From Actinomycetota bacterium (GTDB taxonomy: Bacteria > Actinomycetota > Acidimicrobiia > IMCC26256 > VFJJ01), in contig VFJJ01000220.1 of NCBI GenBank assembly GCA_009886115.1, positions 1 through 34,999 on the forward strand: a stretch of 34,999 nt of DNA. Reading direction: 5' to 3'. Position 1 is the stretch's first letter; each line of letters starts with the position of its first letter. A program made the translations under genes and the position numbers. Below, in pieces: positions 7,680-17,320 of the stretch. The notes beneath the pieces are model-generated. The model saw only the letters and a list, made by a program, of their open reading frames with translations. It made no database searches and was not told where the DNA came from.

Positions 7680-8801
7680 ATGCCGCTCAGCCCGTTCGAC
7701 GAGTTCCTCGCCCACCAGACGTCGGAGACGTTCGACCATGTGGGCACGTCAGACCGCAACTTCTACGACCGCTACTACTTCAACATGCACTCGTCGAGCG
7801 ACGAGATCTTCGTCATCACCGGCCTGGGCCAGTACCCGAACCTGGGGGTGACCGACGCCTTCATCACGGTGTCGTTGGGCCACGAGCAGTTCACGGTGCG
7901 GTCGTCGCGCGAGCTGGGCTCCGACCGGCTCGACACCTCGGTGGGGCCGCTGTCGGTCGAGGTGATCACGGGTCTCGAACGTCTGCGGGTGCGGTGCGCG
8001 CCCAACGAGTGGGGCCTCGAGGCCGATCTCACGTTCACCGGGAGCGTCCCCGCCCTGGAGGAACCCAAGACCTTCGTCCGCCAGTACGGCCGCATCATCC
8101 AGGACGTGAGCCGCTACGCCCAGGTCGGCGTGTGGGAAGGCCGCATCAGCGTGGCCGGACGTACCTTCGAGGTGACTCCCGACCTGTGGAAGGGCGCCCG
8201 CGACCGGTCGTGGGGTGTGCGCCCCGTCGGCGAACGGGAGGCCCCGGGCATCCGGGCCCGTCAGCAGGTCGACGGCTACGGATTCCGGCACGACTGGATC
8301 CCGATGCAGTTCGACGACCACATGATCAAGGTCCAGATCGACCAGGACGGCGACGGGCACCGCCATCTCGAAGAGGCCGCCCGGGTCTGGAACCTGGGCT
8401 CGAACCGGGCGCCGGAGCACCTCGGCCGGCCCGAGGTCGACGTCGAGTACCTCTCGGGCACGCGCGAGATGCGGAACGCGACCGTGCGTACGTCGGCCCC
8501 CGACGGCACGCCCATCGTCGTGAAGAACACCCCGCTGCGCACCCTGTACCTGGCGGCCGGGTCGGGCTACGTGAACGACGGCACCTGGGGTCACGGCGTG
8601 TACCAGGGCGCCCTCAAGGTCGAGGGCCTCACCCACGACCTGAGCGACCCCGAGGTCCGTCGGAGTTACGCCATCCTCAACGAGACCTTGTGTCGCTTCG
8701 AGATGGCCACCGGCGAGGTCGGCTACGGAATGCACGAGAACATGCTCATGGGCGTCTACAAGCCGACAGGCTTCCTGACCCCCGAAACCGTCGCTCCCTA
8801 A
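7680..8801 (+). CDS. Conserved actinobacterial protein with RDRSWG motif (tocopherol-cyclase/AttH-like fold inferred)
   Basis: GAAAGG RBS; DEFLAHQ..DRNFYDRYYFN, GLGQYPNLGV, RDRSWGVRPVGE, GYGMHE. Confidence 0.75.
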   Translation: MPLSPFDEFLAHQTSETFDHVGTSDRNFYDRYYFNMHSSSDEIFVITGLGQYPNLGVTDAFITVSLGHEQFTVRSSRELGSDRLDTSVGPLSVEVITGLERLRVRCAPNEWGLEADLTFTGSVPALEEPKTFVRQYGRIIQDVSRYAQVGVWEGRISVAGRTFEVTPDLWKGARDRSWGVRPVGEREAPGIRARQQVDGYGFRHDWIPMQFDDHMIKVQIDQDGDGHRHLEEAARVWNLGSNRAPEHLGRPEVDVEYLSGTREMRNATVRTSAPDGTPIVVKNTPLRTLYLAAGSGYVNDGTWGHGVYQGALKVEGLTHDLSDPEVRRSYAILNETLCRFEMATGEVGYGMHENMLMGVYKPTGFLTPETVAP

Positions 8802-8838
8802 GCCTCTGAGCTGGGAAGACGCGTCACTTCCGTCTGCA

Positions 8839-9084
8839 TCAAACGCTGTTGTGTGACGTTGTTGTCTTTGGCTCATCACCCGGCATGAGCGAGATGGCCC
8901 GCTCGGGACAGCGCAACACGGCGGTGCGCACCGCTACCTCGAGCGCGGCGGGCACGTCCTCGATCTGGAGGACGGCGAAGCCCTGCTCGTCGAAGGCGAA
9001 CACGTCGGGCGCGGCCATGGCGCACTGGCCGTGGCCCTGGCAGCGCCCGGTGTCGAGCTGGACGCGCGTCAAGGGACCCGTCAC
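8839..9084 (-). CDS. [3Fe-4S]-type ferredoxin
   Basis: CQGHGQCAMAAPDVF...CPERAI; GTG start overlaps the P450 stop (GTGA). Confidence 0.9.
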   Translation of the reverse strand: MTGPLTRVQLDTGRCQGHGQCAMAAPDVFAFDEQGFAVLQIEDVPAALEVAVRTAVLRCPERAISLMPGDEPKTTTSHNSV

Positions 9085-10370
9085 CCCTTGACCAGAGGCA
9101 GCGCGGAGAGGCCCTTCATCCCACCGAACGCCTCGGCCCGACGCTCGGGATCTGGGTGGTAGTCGGGAAGCTTGCGGTGGAAGACCTGCAATGCGATTCG
9201 CACCTCTCGTCGGGCCAGGTGGATCCCGATGCACCGGTGCGGTCCGAGCCCGAAACCCAGATGGCGGTTGGGCGTGCGGTCGAACACGAGCTCGTTGGGT
9301 TCGGCGAACTCGCTGGCGTCGCGGTTGGCAGCCATCGTGGGGCACAGCACCTGTGAGCCGTGCGCGAACTCGGTGCCGTGGAAGGTGACGTCCTGGGTCA
9401 CCCGCCGGGGTAGCAGCACGATGGCGTGATAGCGGATGAGCTCTTCGACGGCCGGCCCGACCCGCTCGGGGTCGTCCATCAGCTCGATGAACTCCCGACG
9501 CTTCCCGGGGTTCGCGGCGAACGTCTGCACGATCAGGCCCAGCGCCGAGGCCACCGTGTCGAGACCGGCCATGTAGAAGAGGAAGAGCGTGTCCTCGAGC
9601 TCCTCCTGGGTGAGCGGTCGCTCGCCTTCGTAGGAAGCGGCGAGGAGCTTGGTGATCATGTCGTCGGTCGGCTCGGCGCGGCGGCGGTCGATGAGACCGC
9701 CCAGGTAGGCGTAGATGCGCTGGCCGACCGTGGACCGGACGGCGAGCTCCTCCTCGGGCGTGAGGTGCGAACCCGACACCTCGTGGCCGAGCTCACGGGC
9801 CATCTCCGCGGCGAGCTCGAAGCCCCGCACGTGCCCGTCGGCGCAGTGCATCAACGTGTTCTTCCAGTTCATGATCTGCTGGTAGTCGTCGAGCGGGAAT
9901 CCGGCGAGCTGGCAGAAGATGACCGTCGGGAACGGGTCGGCGAACGCGGCCACGAAGTCGAAGTCGTCGCCCTGGTCGAGCATCGTGTCGACGAGCTCCT
10001 CGGCGAACTTCTCGAGGTGCGGCTCGAGATGGCGCATCTCGTCGACGGTGAACCACGGGTTCATGATCCGCCGGTACGCGCTGTGCGCCGGCGGGTCGAT
10101 GGCCTGCGGTATCCACGGCCGCACCGGGTACACGTTCGACTGGTTCGAGAAGCTGGCGTGGTCTTGGAGGAAGTCGCACGACTGGTCGTAACGGGTGAGC
10201 ACCCACGATCCGGGCGCACCCATCGCCGTGATGGCCTCGGTCCGAGCGATCGGGAGCTCGGCCCGGAGGAGGTCGTAGACCTCGAATTCGCGCTCGAGGA
10301 ACGCGACGTCGTAGGGGTTGTACGCCGCGGCTGCAGCCTCGGCCAAGCTGCGTGCGTCCATGGTCGTCAT
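9081..10370 (-). CDS. Cytochrome P450 (CYP143-like by motif)
   Basis: AGLDTV I-helix, EELIR, heme motif FGLGPHRCIG; start MTTMDARS. Confidence 0.93.
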   Translation of the reverse strand: MTTMDARSLAEAAAAAYNPYDVAFLEREFEVYDLLRAELPIARTEAITAMGAPGSWVLTRYDQSCDFLQDHASFSNQSNVYPVRPWIPQAIDPPAHSAYRRIMNPWFTVDEMRHLEPHLEKFAEELVDTMLDQGDDFDFVAAFADPFPTVIFCQLAGFPLDDYQQIMNWKNTLMHCADGHVRGFELAAEMARELGHEVSGSHLTPEEELAVRSTVGQRIYAYLGGLIDRRRAEPTDDMITKLLAASYEGERPLTQEELEDTLFLFYMAGLDTVASALGLIVQTFAANPGKRREFIELMDDPERVGPAVEELIRYHAIVLLPRRVTQDVTFHGTEFAHGSQVLCPTMAANRDASEFAEPNELVFDRTPNRHLGFGLGPHRCIGIHLARREVRIALQVFHRKLPDYHPDPERRAEAFGGMKGLSALPLVKG

Positions 10371-10465
10371 CGAGCCCCCTTGTCGCCGATCTCGTCGACC
10401 GGCAAAGTACCCGACACCATCTCGACGGGGAAAGGCCGCCTCGTTCGCGTTGTTCCCCGTGAGGC

Positions 10466-11527
10466 TCAGCGGGTGGAGCGCAAGGCGGTGAGCATCTTGA
10501 CGAAGTGCTCGGCCCGCCAGCCATCCTGATCTTCGCCCCAGCCGATCTGGCCGTCGTACTCCCAACGCATCAAGGCGTTGGCGCCCGACGCGTGCTCGCA
10601 CATGTGACTGAGCGCAAACCCTTCGGCCTCCATCGTCCGCCCGGTCACGTCGACGAGCGCGACCTCCATGTGGGCGCTCCAGCCCGTGTTCGGGTCGCGG
10701 AAGTTCCGCATCCGGCTCCTCGACGGGTCGAGCCGCTCGAACACCCCGTCCTTGAGCAACCAGCCCACGTTCAACGGCGACCATCCGGCAGCGTCGCCGT
10801 CCTGCGGACGCACGAAGCTCAAGAAGCCCGTCCGGGCGCCGGTGTGGCCGAAGATGTACTGGATGCGGCCACGGCCCCGCTCGCGTTCGATCTCGCGCCA
10901 GCGAGGACCCCCCGGATGGGCCACCCGGTGCTCGCCCCGCAGGTGCTCGGGCTTGCGACTCTGGGCGTGATGCCCACCGCGTGGCCCCCAGGTGCGATCA
11001 CGCACCGAATGACAGTCGATCGCGATGCGCTCGCCGTGCAACACCAACTCGCCGGTGACGTGCCCGAGCTGGTCGAGATGCGGGTTGTGCATGATCGGCG
11101 CCTGTCCGGGCGTGAACCGGTGGGGCGGATGGACGCTCCGGTGCTCAAGCTCGATCGCGAAGTCGGCCTCCGCGTCGCGGTACGCCACGCGGTAGTGCAT
11201 CAGCGGCTCGAGCATCTTCACGCTGAAGCCACCCGCCGGGAACGTGATGTCGCGCAGATCGGGGTCGGGCGGCATCGGCACGTCGGGCACGATCTTGTAG
11301 TACGCCAAGCGGCCCGGATCGGCACCTCGGGGGTCCCACACGAACACCCGCCACGTGACCTCGTGACGGTTGCTGTGGTAGCCGGCATGGAGCCACGCGC
11401 CGATGCGGCGCTCGGGGATGTTCAACGACCACCACGTGGTCTCGAGCTCGAACGGATCGTCCGACACGGCATGGTAGGTGTCGTCGTCGGGGACGAACGG
11501 CGTGTCCTCGGTCACCGGCTTCGGCAT
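10466..11527 (-). CDS. Conserved protein with RDRTWG motif (same broad superfamily as 7680-8801)
   Basis: GAAGGGGA RBS; ETTWWSLNIPER, HLDQLGHVTGEL, RDRTWGPR, GWGEDQD. Confidence 0.72.
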   Translation of the reverse strand: MPKPVTEDTPFVPDDDTYHAVSDDPFELETTWWSLNIPERRIGAWLHAGYHSNRHEVTWRVFVWDPRGADPGRLAYYKIVPDVPMPPDPDLRDITFPAGGFSVKMLEPLMHYRVAYRDAEADFAIELEHRSVHPPHRFTPGQAPIMHNPHLDQLGHVTGELVLHGERIAIDCHSVRDRTWGPRGGHHAQSRKPEHLRGEHRVAHPGGPRWREIERERGRGRIQYIFGHTGARTGFLSFVRPQDGDAAGWSPLNVGWLLKDGVFERLDPSRSRMRNFRDPNTGWSAHMEVALVDVTGRTMEAEGFALSHMCEHASGANALMRWEYDGQIGWGEDQDGWRAEHFVKMLTALRSTR

Positions 11528-11584
11528 CGGGCTCCCCTTCGTCGCGCGCAGACGGGCGCTCAAGGCGTGGTCAGGCGCGCGTGG

Positions 11585-13219
11585 TCAGACCGTGAAGGTG
11601 TGGACGTCGACGAACTCGCCGAGGCCACCGGCAGCAACCTGGACGGTCCCCCGGAACGGCCCCAGCTCACGGCCGTCGACCTTGATCTCGACCGTGTAGT
11701 CCTGGGGGCCGACGCCACCCTCGCACTCCGAGAAGTAGTTGAGCTGGACAGCGTAGGTGCCCGTCGGAGCGCCGCCGGTGGGCCAGAACACGTTCTCGAC
11801 AGGCGGCGACACCGTCTCGATGGGGTCGCAGCCGGCGTTGGCGTCGACGTCGAGCGTCCCCCCGTCCGTGCTCGTCGGCTGCGCGAACGAGATGATCGAG
11901 CCGTCCGGGGTGGTCACGTACAAGTCGAGATCGGCTGTCGAGTTCCAGCGCAACGTGATCTGGATGTCGCCGGTGCCGAGCGCGACCGTCGTCGTGGTTT
12001 CTGGGCTCGTGGTGGTGGTCGGGACGGTGGTGGTGGTGGTGGTGGCAGGGGGCTCGGTGGTCGTGGTCGTGGGCTCGGGCACGTCCTCGTCGGACGAGCC
12101 GTCGGTGCCGACCGGGCGCACGAACTTGTCGCCCACCTCGGGATCGCCGAGGTCGACGAGCACGAACTCTGTCACCACCTCGATCGCGACGACCACCAGC
12201 ACCAGGCCAGGGTCGAACCCGTCCCAGGCATCACCGGTCAGCGGTACGCCGAGGGGCTGTGGGATCGGCGCCAGCAGTGGGTTGCCACACGCACAGCGGG
12301 CCCGGGGAACCCCCGACGGGTCGACGAGGACCGCGGTCCCCCGCTCGAGCACCGACTGGCGCGGAGTCGCCCGTCCGTCGCTGAAGCCGTGGTTGGTGAC
12401 GCGGGTGTCGTCGAGCAGCACGACCGGCGTGAGCGAACGGAGATAGTCGGGCACGGCCTCGGGGTCGATGCCCTGGACCCCGGCCCACGCGGCGCGCTTG
12501 TCGGGGTTGTCCTCGAGGAACGAGATCATCTGGCCGACGTCGCACTCGGCGTTGTCGCGGGTACCTCCGTAGAGCCCGGGTGTGGTGCCGGGCACGGGAA
12601 CCACCGTGACGACGGGGTCGGCCGTGTCGTCGGCTCCAGGTGTCGCCAAGCCCACGGCCTTCGACGGCGGGTTCGCGTCGCGAACCTCCTGCGCGAAGCT
12701 CGCTCCCGACGTCTTGGTGAAGGCATCGGGGCCCTCGACCGACGCCGGTTCCAGGAAGATCTCGCCGACCCCGTCAGCGGGCTCGGCTGCGTCGTCGCCA
12801 CCGACCACCGAGCCGACCACGAGGCCACCGGCGAAGAGCGCCACGCACAACAGGGCCACGAGCCACACCACGACCGGTCGGCGCCGACGGGCGTTGGGCT
12901 CGGGAACAGGGGCCCCGGCGAACGCGGGGTCGAAGCCGGGAGCCGGGTATCCGGCGCCTGCGCCGGGAGCCGGGTATCCGGCGCCTGCGCCGGGCCCGCT
13001 GACGGGGCTCGGCCAGGGCTGCGGCTGTGGGACCGGCTGCGGGATGGGCCCCTGCACGGTGGGCGGCGATGGCGCAACAGGCGGCGGCGGGGGTTGGGCT
13101 TCGAACGGGTCGTTCGACTGCACGCCAGCGTCGGCGACGACGTCGGTCCAGCGCTGGCCGTCCCAGTACCGGTACTCGTGCCGGCCCGTCGGGTCGGGAC
13201 TCCAGTTCGCCGGTTGCAC
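11585..13219 (-). CDS. Membrane-anchored protein: DUF2510, Pro-rich linker, TM, DUF6777-like domain, Thr-rich linker, YfaP-like domain
   Basis: WSPDPTGRHEYRYWDGQRWT; PGLYGGT, DTRVTNHGF, RCACGNPL; ITLRWNSTADLDLYV..LDVDAN..ENVFW. Confidence 0.8.
   Translation of the reverse strand: MQPANWSPDPTGRHEYRYWDGQRWTDVVADAGVQSNDPFEAQPPPPPVAPSPPTVQGPIPQPVPQPQPWPSPVSGPGAGAGYPAPGAGAGYPAPGFDPAFAGAPVPEPNARRRRPVVVWLVALLCVALFAGGLVVGSVVGGDDAAEPADGVGEIFLEPASVEGPDAFTKTSGASFAQEVRDANPPSKAVGLATPGADDTADPVVTVVPVPGTTPGLYGGTRDNAECDVGQMISFLEDNPDKRAAWAGVQGIDPEAVPDYLRSLTPVVLLDDTRVTNHGFSDGRATPRQSVLERGTAVLVDPSGVPRARCACGNPLLAPIPQPLGVPLTGDAWDGFDPGLVLVVVAIEVVTEFVLVDLGDPEVGDKFVRPVGTDGSSDEDVPEPTTTTTEPPATTTTTTVPTTTTSPETTTTVALGTGDIQITLRWNSTADLDLYVTTPDGSIISFAQPTSTDGGTLDVDANAGCDPIETVSPPVENVFWPTGGAPTGTYAVQLNYFSECEGGVGPQDYTVEIKVDGRELGPFRGTVQVAAGGLGEFVDVHTFTV
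12935..12994. repeat. 27-bp tandem duplication in the Pro-rich linker
   Basis: GCCGGGAGCCGGGTATCCGGCGCCTGC x2 plus partial; encodes (GAGAGYPAP)2. Confidence 0.85.
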
Positions 13220-13396
13220 CCTGACTCCACGCTGGCTCGAGGCCGCCCACCCGGCGGATCACGGGACGCTACCACCGCCGCGCAGTCGCCCGACGCCGAC
13301 GATCTGCTGTGTGACACCCGCCGAGAGGGCGACTCATCGGCGTCGGTATCTGGAGCTGACGCGGCCGTGCGCCGAGCCCGATCGCCCACGTGGTCA

Positions 13397-14077
13397 TCAC
13401 TGCTCCTTCTCTTGAGCCTTCCTCTCGACCGGGAGACCTGCGCGTCGCCACTCGGGGAATCCGTCCTTCAGCCGGAGGGCGGCTCGGCCGCGGCGGTGCA
13501 GCAGACGCACGGCCTCGTCGGCGAAGACGCAGTAGGGGCCCCTGCAGTAGGCGACGACCTCGACGTCGTCGGGGAGTGTGCGGAGCTGGCGCTTCAGCTC
13601 GCCGATCGGGATCGACCGGGCGCCGGCGATGTGACCGGCTGCGTACTCCGGTGTGGGACGGACATCGACGACCACGACATCGCCATCACGCAGGCGCCGT
13701 GCGAGCTCGTCGCGGCCGATCTCGTCGAGTGCATCGCGGTTGCCGAGATAGGCGGTGGCGAGGTCGTCGATCTCGGCGATGTGTGTGGCCGCGACATCGC
13801 GCAGCGAGCTCCACAGCTCGCCGACCGTGGCTGATGAGAGCCGGTAGTAGATCCGGGTGCCCTCGCGCCGGGTAGCGACAAGACCGACTGCGGCGAGCGC
13901 GCGGAGATGGAACGAGGTGTTGGCGATGCTCTGGTGGATCTCGGACGCGATGTCCTCGACGTGGCGTTCCCCCTGGGCGAGGACGTCGATGATCTCCGCC
14001 CGACGACCGTTGCTGAGCGCCTTGGCAACCCGGGCAAAGCAGTCGAACAGCTCGTCCTTCGCCACACGATCACTCAT
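13397..14077 (-). CDS. ArsR/SmtB-family regulator fused to a rhodanese domain
   Basis: KALSNGRRAEIIDVLAQGE..ANTSFHLRAL; DVRPTPEYAAGHIAGA, YCRGPYC; GAGGAGG RBS. Confidence 0.92.
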   Translation of the reverse strand: MSDRVAKDELFDCFARVAKALSNGRRAEIIDVLAQGERHVEDIASEIHQSIANTSFHLRALAAVGLVATRREGTRIYYRLSSATVGELWSSLRDVAATHIAEIDDLATAYLGNRDALDEIGRDELARRLRDGDVVVVDVRPTPEYAAGHIAGARSIPIGELKRQLRTLPDDVEVVAYCRGPYCVFADEAVRLLHRRGRAALRLKDGFPEWRRAGLPVERKAQEKEQ

Positions 14078-14086
14078 CGAACCTCC

Positions 14087-14150
14087 TCAAAGAAGTGCTT
14101 GACAATCTAGCGCCGCACCTGTGACACTCATTATTCAAGTCATCGCTTGA
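14087..14150. promoter_or_regulatory. Divergent promoter with two TCAA-N8-TTGA palindromes (putative ArsR operators) and TTGACA
   Basis: TCAAagaagtgcTTGA 14087-14102 and TCAAgtcatcgcTTGA 14135-14150; TTGACA at 14099-14104. Confidence 0.65.
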
Positions 14151-14164
14151 GGGGCTGGTTGCGG

Positions 14165-15556
14165 ATGCGAGTGCATCAGTTCGTCGACGAGGGTCTCGGC
14201 CACTCGAGCTACCTGATCGACGTGGGCGACGGCACGGCGGCGCTGGTCGATCCACCGAGATTCCCGACTGCACACGAGAACCTGGCCACGGCCCACGGGC
14301 TGCGCATCGGCTGGACGTTCGACACCCACTCGCACGCCGATTACGTGACCGGAAGTCCCGGCGTCGCCCTCCGGCACGGCGCGACGTTCGTCGCGCCACG
14401 GGCGTCGCAGCTGGAGACACCCCATCGGCCTGTCGACGACGGGGACTCGATCGACATCGGCAACGGCAACGGCAATGGCGACGGCAACGGCAATGGCGAC
14501 GGCATCAGCAACGGCTTGCGGATGGTCGCGATCGCATCTCCCGGCCACACTTCCGACCACCACGCATTTCTCCTCGTCGACCACGACGAGCCGACGGTGC
14601 TGTTCTCCGGCGGGTCGCTGATGGTAGGCACCGTCGGCCGCACCGATCTGGGTGGCGATGACCTGGCGGGGCCGCTCGCTCGGCAGATGTACCACTCCGT
14701 GCGGCGGTTGCTGGAGCTGCCCGACGATGTTGCCGTTGCACCAACTCACGGCGCAGGGTCGTTCTGCTCCGCTTCGGGCGCCTCGGCGCGAACGACCACC
14801 ATCGGCGACGAGCGGTGTACCGACCTCCTGGCGATCGACGACGAGGACCGTTTCGTCGATGAGCTGCTCGCGACGTACGGGTCGTTCCCCGCCTACTTCC
14901 GGCGCCTGCCGGAATTCAACCGTCGAGGCCCACAGCCCTTTGACGCACTCCCTTCACTCGCCCGGCTCTCGCTCGTGGAGTTCGAGGCTGCGGTCGCGGG
15001 CGGTGCGGTCGTCGTCGATGCCCGCCCGATCGGTCGGTTCTCGAAGGCGCATGTGCCAGGTTCGCTGTCGAACGCGCTGCGACCGACGTTCGCGAGCTGG
15101 ATCGGGTGGCTCTTCGATCCCGCCCGAGCCTTGCTGTTCGTCCTCGACCCGGGCCAGGACCGCGCCGACCTGGTCCGCCAGTGTCTCGACGTCGGCCACG
15201 ATGATCTCATCGGCGAGCTCGATGGCGGTCTCGACACGTGGGCGGCGGCGGGCCGACCGACGGCGAGCATCCCGCTTGTCAACGCCGCAGAAATCGCGCC
15301 GATCCTGGTTGACGTCCGCCAGGCGAACGAGTACGCCGCTGGCCACGTCTCCGGCGCGATCAACGTCGAGCTCGCCCGCGTTCGCGCCAACTCCGCCGGG
15401 CGCACGGGGGTCACGTTCATGTGCGGACACGGTGAGCGGGCGATGACCGCAGCGAGCATTGCCAACGGTTTCGGGGCTCGCGGTGTCAGTGCCTTCGATG
15501 GGGGCCCCGAAGCATTCCCCGCAGCGACCGCGGCGTCGACCGTGACAGGGCGATGA
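14165..15556 (+). CDS. MBL-fold hydrolase with two rhodanese domains (persulfide dioxygenase-sulfurtransferase, CstB-like)
   Basis: GLGHSSYL, THSHADYVTG, PGHTSDH, GRTDL, PTHGAGSFC; rhodanese DARP..HVPGS and DVRQ..GHVSGA, active CGHGER. Confidence 0.88.
   Translation: MRVHQFVDEGLGHSSYLIDVGDGTAALVDPPRFPTAHENLATAHGLRIGWTFDTHSHADYVTGSPGVALRHGATFVAPRASQLETPHRPVDDGDSIDIGNGNGNGDGNGNGDGISNGLRMVAIASPGHTSDHHAFLLVDHDEPTVLFSGGSLMVGTVGRTDLGGDDLAGPLARQMYHSVRRLLELPDDVAVAPTHGAGSFCSASGASARTTTIGDERCTDLLAIDDEDRFVDELLATYGSFPAYFRRLPEFNRRGPQPFDALPSLARLSLVEFEAAVAGGAVVVDARPIGRFSKAHVPGSLSNALRPTFASWIGWLFDPARALLFVLDPGQDRADLVRQCLDVGHDDLIGELDGGLDTWAAAGRPTASIPLVNAAEIAPILVDVRQANEYAAGHVSGAINVELARVRANSAGRTGVTFMCGHGERAMTAASIANGFGARGVSAFDGGPEAFPAATAASTVTGR
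14459..14515 (+). repeat. Hexanucleotide GGC(A/G)A(C/T) microsatellite encoding GNGNGNGDGNGNGDG
   Basis: Seven GGCAAC/GGCAAT/GGCGAC units plus degenerate tail, in frame. Confidence 0.85.
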
Positions 15557-16806
15557 CAGCGAGCGCCGACGTCCGGTCTCCGCGCCTCGGGTTGCGCGCC
15601 AACCTCGGCCAGTTCTCGTTGCTCGTCGGCGTCAACGCCCTCGTCGGTGGAATGATCGGCCAGGAGCGAACCGTCCTACCGTTGCTGGCGAAGGAAGAGT
15701 TCGGCCTCACCGCGTTCACGGCGACGATGACCTTCATCGTCGCTTTCGGGTCGGTCAAGGCCGCGACGAACTTCTTCGCCGGGACGCTGTGCGACCGCTA
15801 CGGCCGCAAGCCGGTACTGGTGGCCGGGTGGGCGATCGGGATACCGGTCCCGCTGATGCTGATCTGGGCACCGTCGTGGACGTGGGTCGTCGTCGCCAAC
15901 GTCCTGCTCGGCGTCAACCAGGGGCTCACGTGGTCGACGACGGTGATCATGAAGATCGACCTCGTCGGTCCCGAGCGGCGCGGGTTCGCCATGGGCCTCA
16001 ACGAGGCCGCCGGATACGGCGCGGTTGCCCTCACCGCTCTCGTCACCGGCTACATCGCGCAGGAGGCCGGGCTGCGCCCCGAGCCCTTCCTGCTCGGGCT
16101 GGCGTATGCCGGGCTCGGCATCGGGCTGTCGGCGTTGTTCGTTCACGAGACTGCCGGCCACGCCGCACACGAGGCTCGCAACCACACAACCTCATCAGCC
16201 GGTGGCAACGCCGACATGACGACCGGGGACGTCTTCCGCCTGACCAGCTTCCGAGACCGGGCACTGTCGTCATGCTCCCAAGCCGGTCTCGTGAACAACC
16301 TCAACGACGGCCTCGCCTGGGGCCTGTTCCCGATCCTCTTCGCCGCCCATGGCCTCTCGCTGGGCCGGATCGGGATCCTGGCGGCCCTGTACCCCGCCGT
16401 GTGGGGGCTCGCCCAGCTCTACACCGGCGGGCTCTCCGACCGCATCGGGCGCAAGCCGCTGATCGTCGGCGGGATGCTGGTCCAAGGCGCCGCGCTGGCA
16501 TGGATCGCAGCAACCGAAGGCTTTTCCCCGTGGGCGATCGGGTGCGTGGTTCTCGGCGTCGGCACGGCGATGGTCTACCCGACGCTGCTCGCCGCCATCG
16601 GCGATGTCGCCCACCCTCGTTGGCGTGCCCGCTCGGTCGGGGTGTACCGCCTGTGGCGCGACGGAGGATTCGCCGTCGGGGCGATCCTCGCGGGTCTCGT
16701 CGCCGACCGCTTCTCGCCCGTGGCCGCGATCTGGGTCGTCGCCGCGCTGACGGGACTGTCGGGCGTCGTCGTTGCGCAACGGATGTACGAAACGAAAGGA
16801 GCATGA
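15553..16806 (+). CDS. MFS transporter (type associated with ArsR/rhodanese loci)
   Basis: LGLRANLGQFSLLV, GQERTVLPL, DRYGRK, SDRIGRK; ATGA overlap with the upstream gene. Confidence 0.9.
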   Translation: MTASADVRSPRLGLRANLGQFSLLVGVNALVGGMIGQERTVLPLLAKEEFGLTAFTATMTFIVAFGSVKAATNFFAGTLCDRYGRKPVLVAGWAIGIPVPLMLIWAPSWTWVVVANVLLGVNQGLTWSTTVIMKIDLVGPERRGFAMGLNEAAGYGAVALTALVTGYIAQEAGLRPEPFLLGLAYAGLGIGLSALFVHETAGHAAHEARNHTTSSAGGNADMTTGDVFRLTSFRDRALSSCSQAGLVNNLNDGLAWGLFPILFAAHGLSLGRIGILAALYPAVWGLAQLYTGGLSDRIGRKPLIVGGMLVQGAALAWIAATEGFSPWAIGCVVLGVGTAMVYPTLLAAIGDVAHPRWRARSVGVYRLWRDGGFAVGAILAGLVADRFSPVAAIWVVAALTGLSGVVVAQRMYETKGA

Positions 16807-16869
16807 CCATGGGCCACGATCTGCTGGTCGATCCCGACACTCCGAGCGAGCATCTCCGTGAGCATCTCG

Positions 16870-17187
16870 GCCAGACCTCGCCCAGCGGCGTGGTCGGGCG
16901 GAAGGTCTGTGCGTTGGCGACGAGCCCGTCGACTCGCCCGAACGTCGCCACGGTGCGCTCCACCAAGGCGAACATGCCGTCGCGATCGGCGACGTTCAGG
17001 CACTGCACGAAATGGTCGGCGTCGAGCGCGACGAGCTCGCTCGAGAGCACGGCGAGTGGCTCTTCCCGACGGGCGACGGCCACGAGACGAGCCCCGCCCG
17101 TGCCAGGTGAAGCGCCACGCCGCGGCCGATGCCCTTCGACGCGCCGGTGACGATCACGACGCGGTCGCGTACACCAATTTCGGTCAT
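16870..17187 (-). pseudogene. Short-chain dehydrogenase remnant (5' part, frameshifted)
   Basis: VIVTGASKGIGRGVA, frameshift near 17095, then FGRVDGLVANAQTFRP; no YxxxK region. Confidence 0.8.
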
Positions 17188-17320
17188 CGTCGGACTCTTC
17201 CCGAAGCCGCCGCCGATCTCAAGTTGGCGTGGTCGGCGCTTCGGGCCTTCGACCTCCGTAGGCTGGGTCCCCGACGGCACGAGTGCACGATGGCACGAGA
17301 TCGGATCGTAAGGGGACCTG

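Noticed and set aside
9081..10784. Extended N-termini given by the ORF track for the P450s and the 18237-20387 ORF
   Set aside because: Extensions overlap neighbouring genes or lack similarity; internal ATGs fit family lengths
13372..13400. Short similarity CGAGCCCGATCGCCCA versus CGAGCTCGATCGCCCA near 17843 as possible boundaries of the sulfur module
   Set aside because: Only ~16 bp with a mismatch in very GC-rich DNA and no recombinase; may be chance
10505..13834. 1109-aa plus-strand ORF and similar long antisense ORFs elsewhere (e.g. 4060-5595, 18141-19556)
   Set aside because: Shadow frames of real genes in high-GC DNA; low-complexity Arg/Gly-rich translations with no motifs
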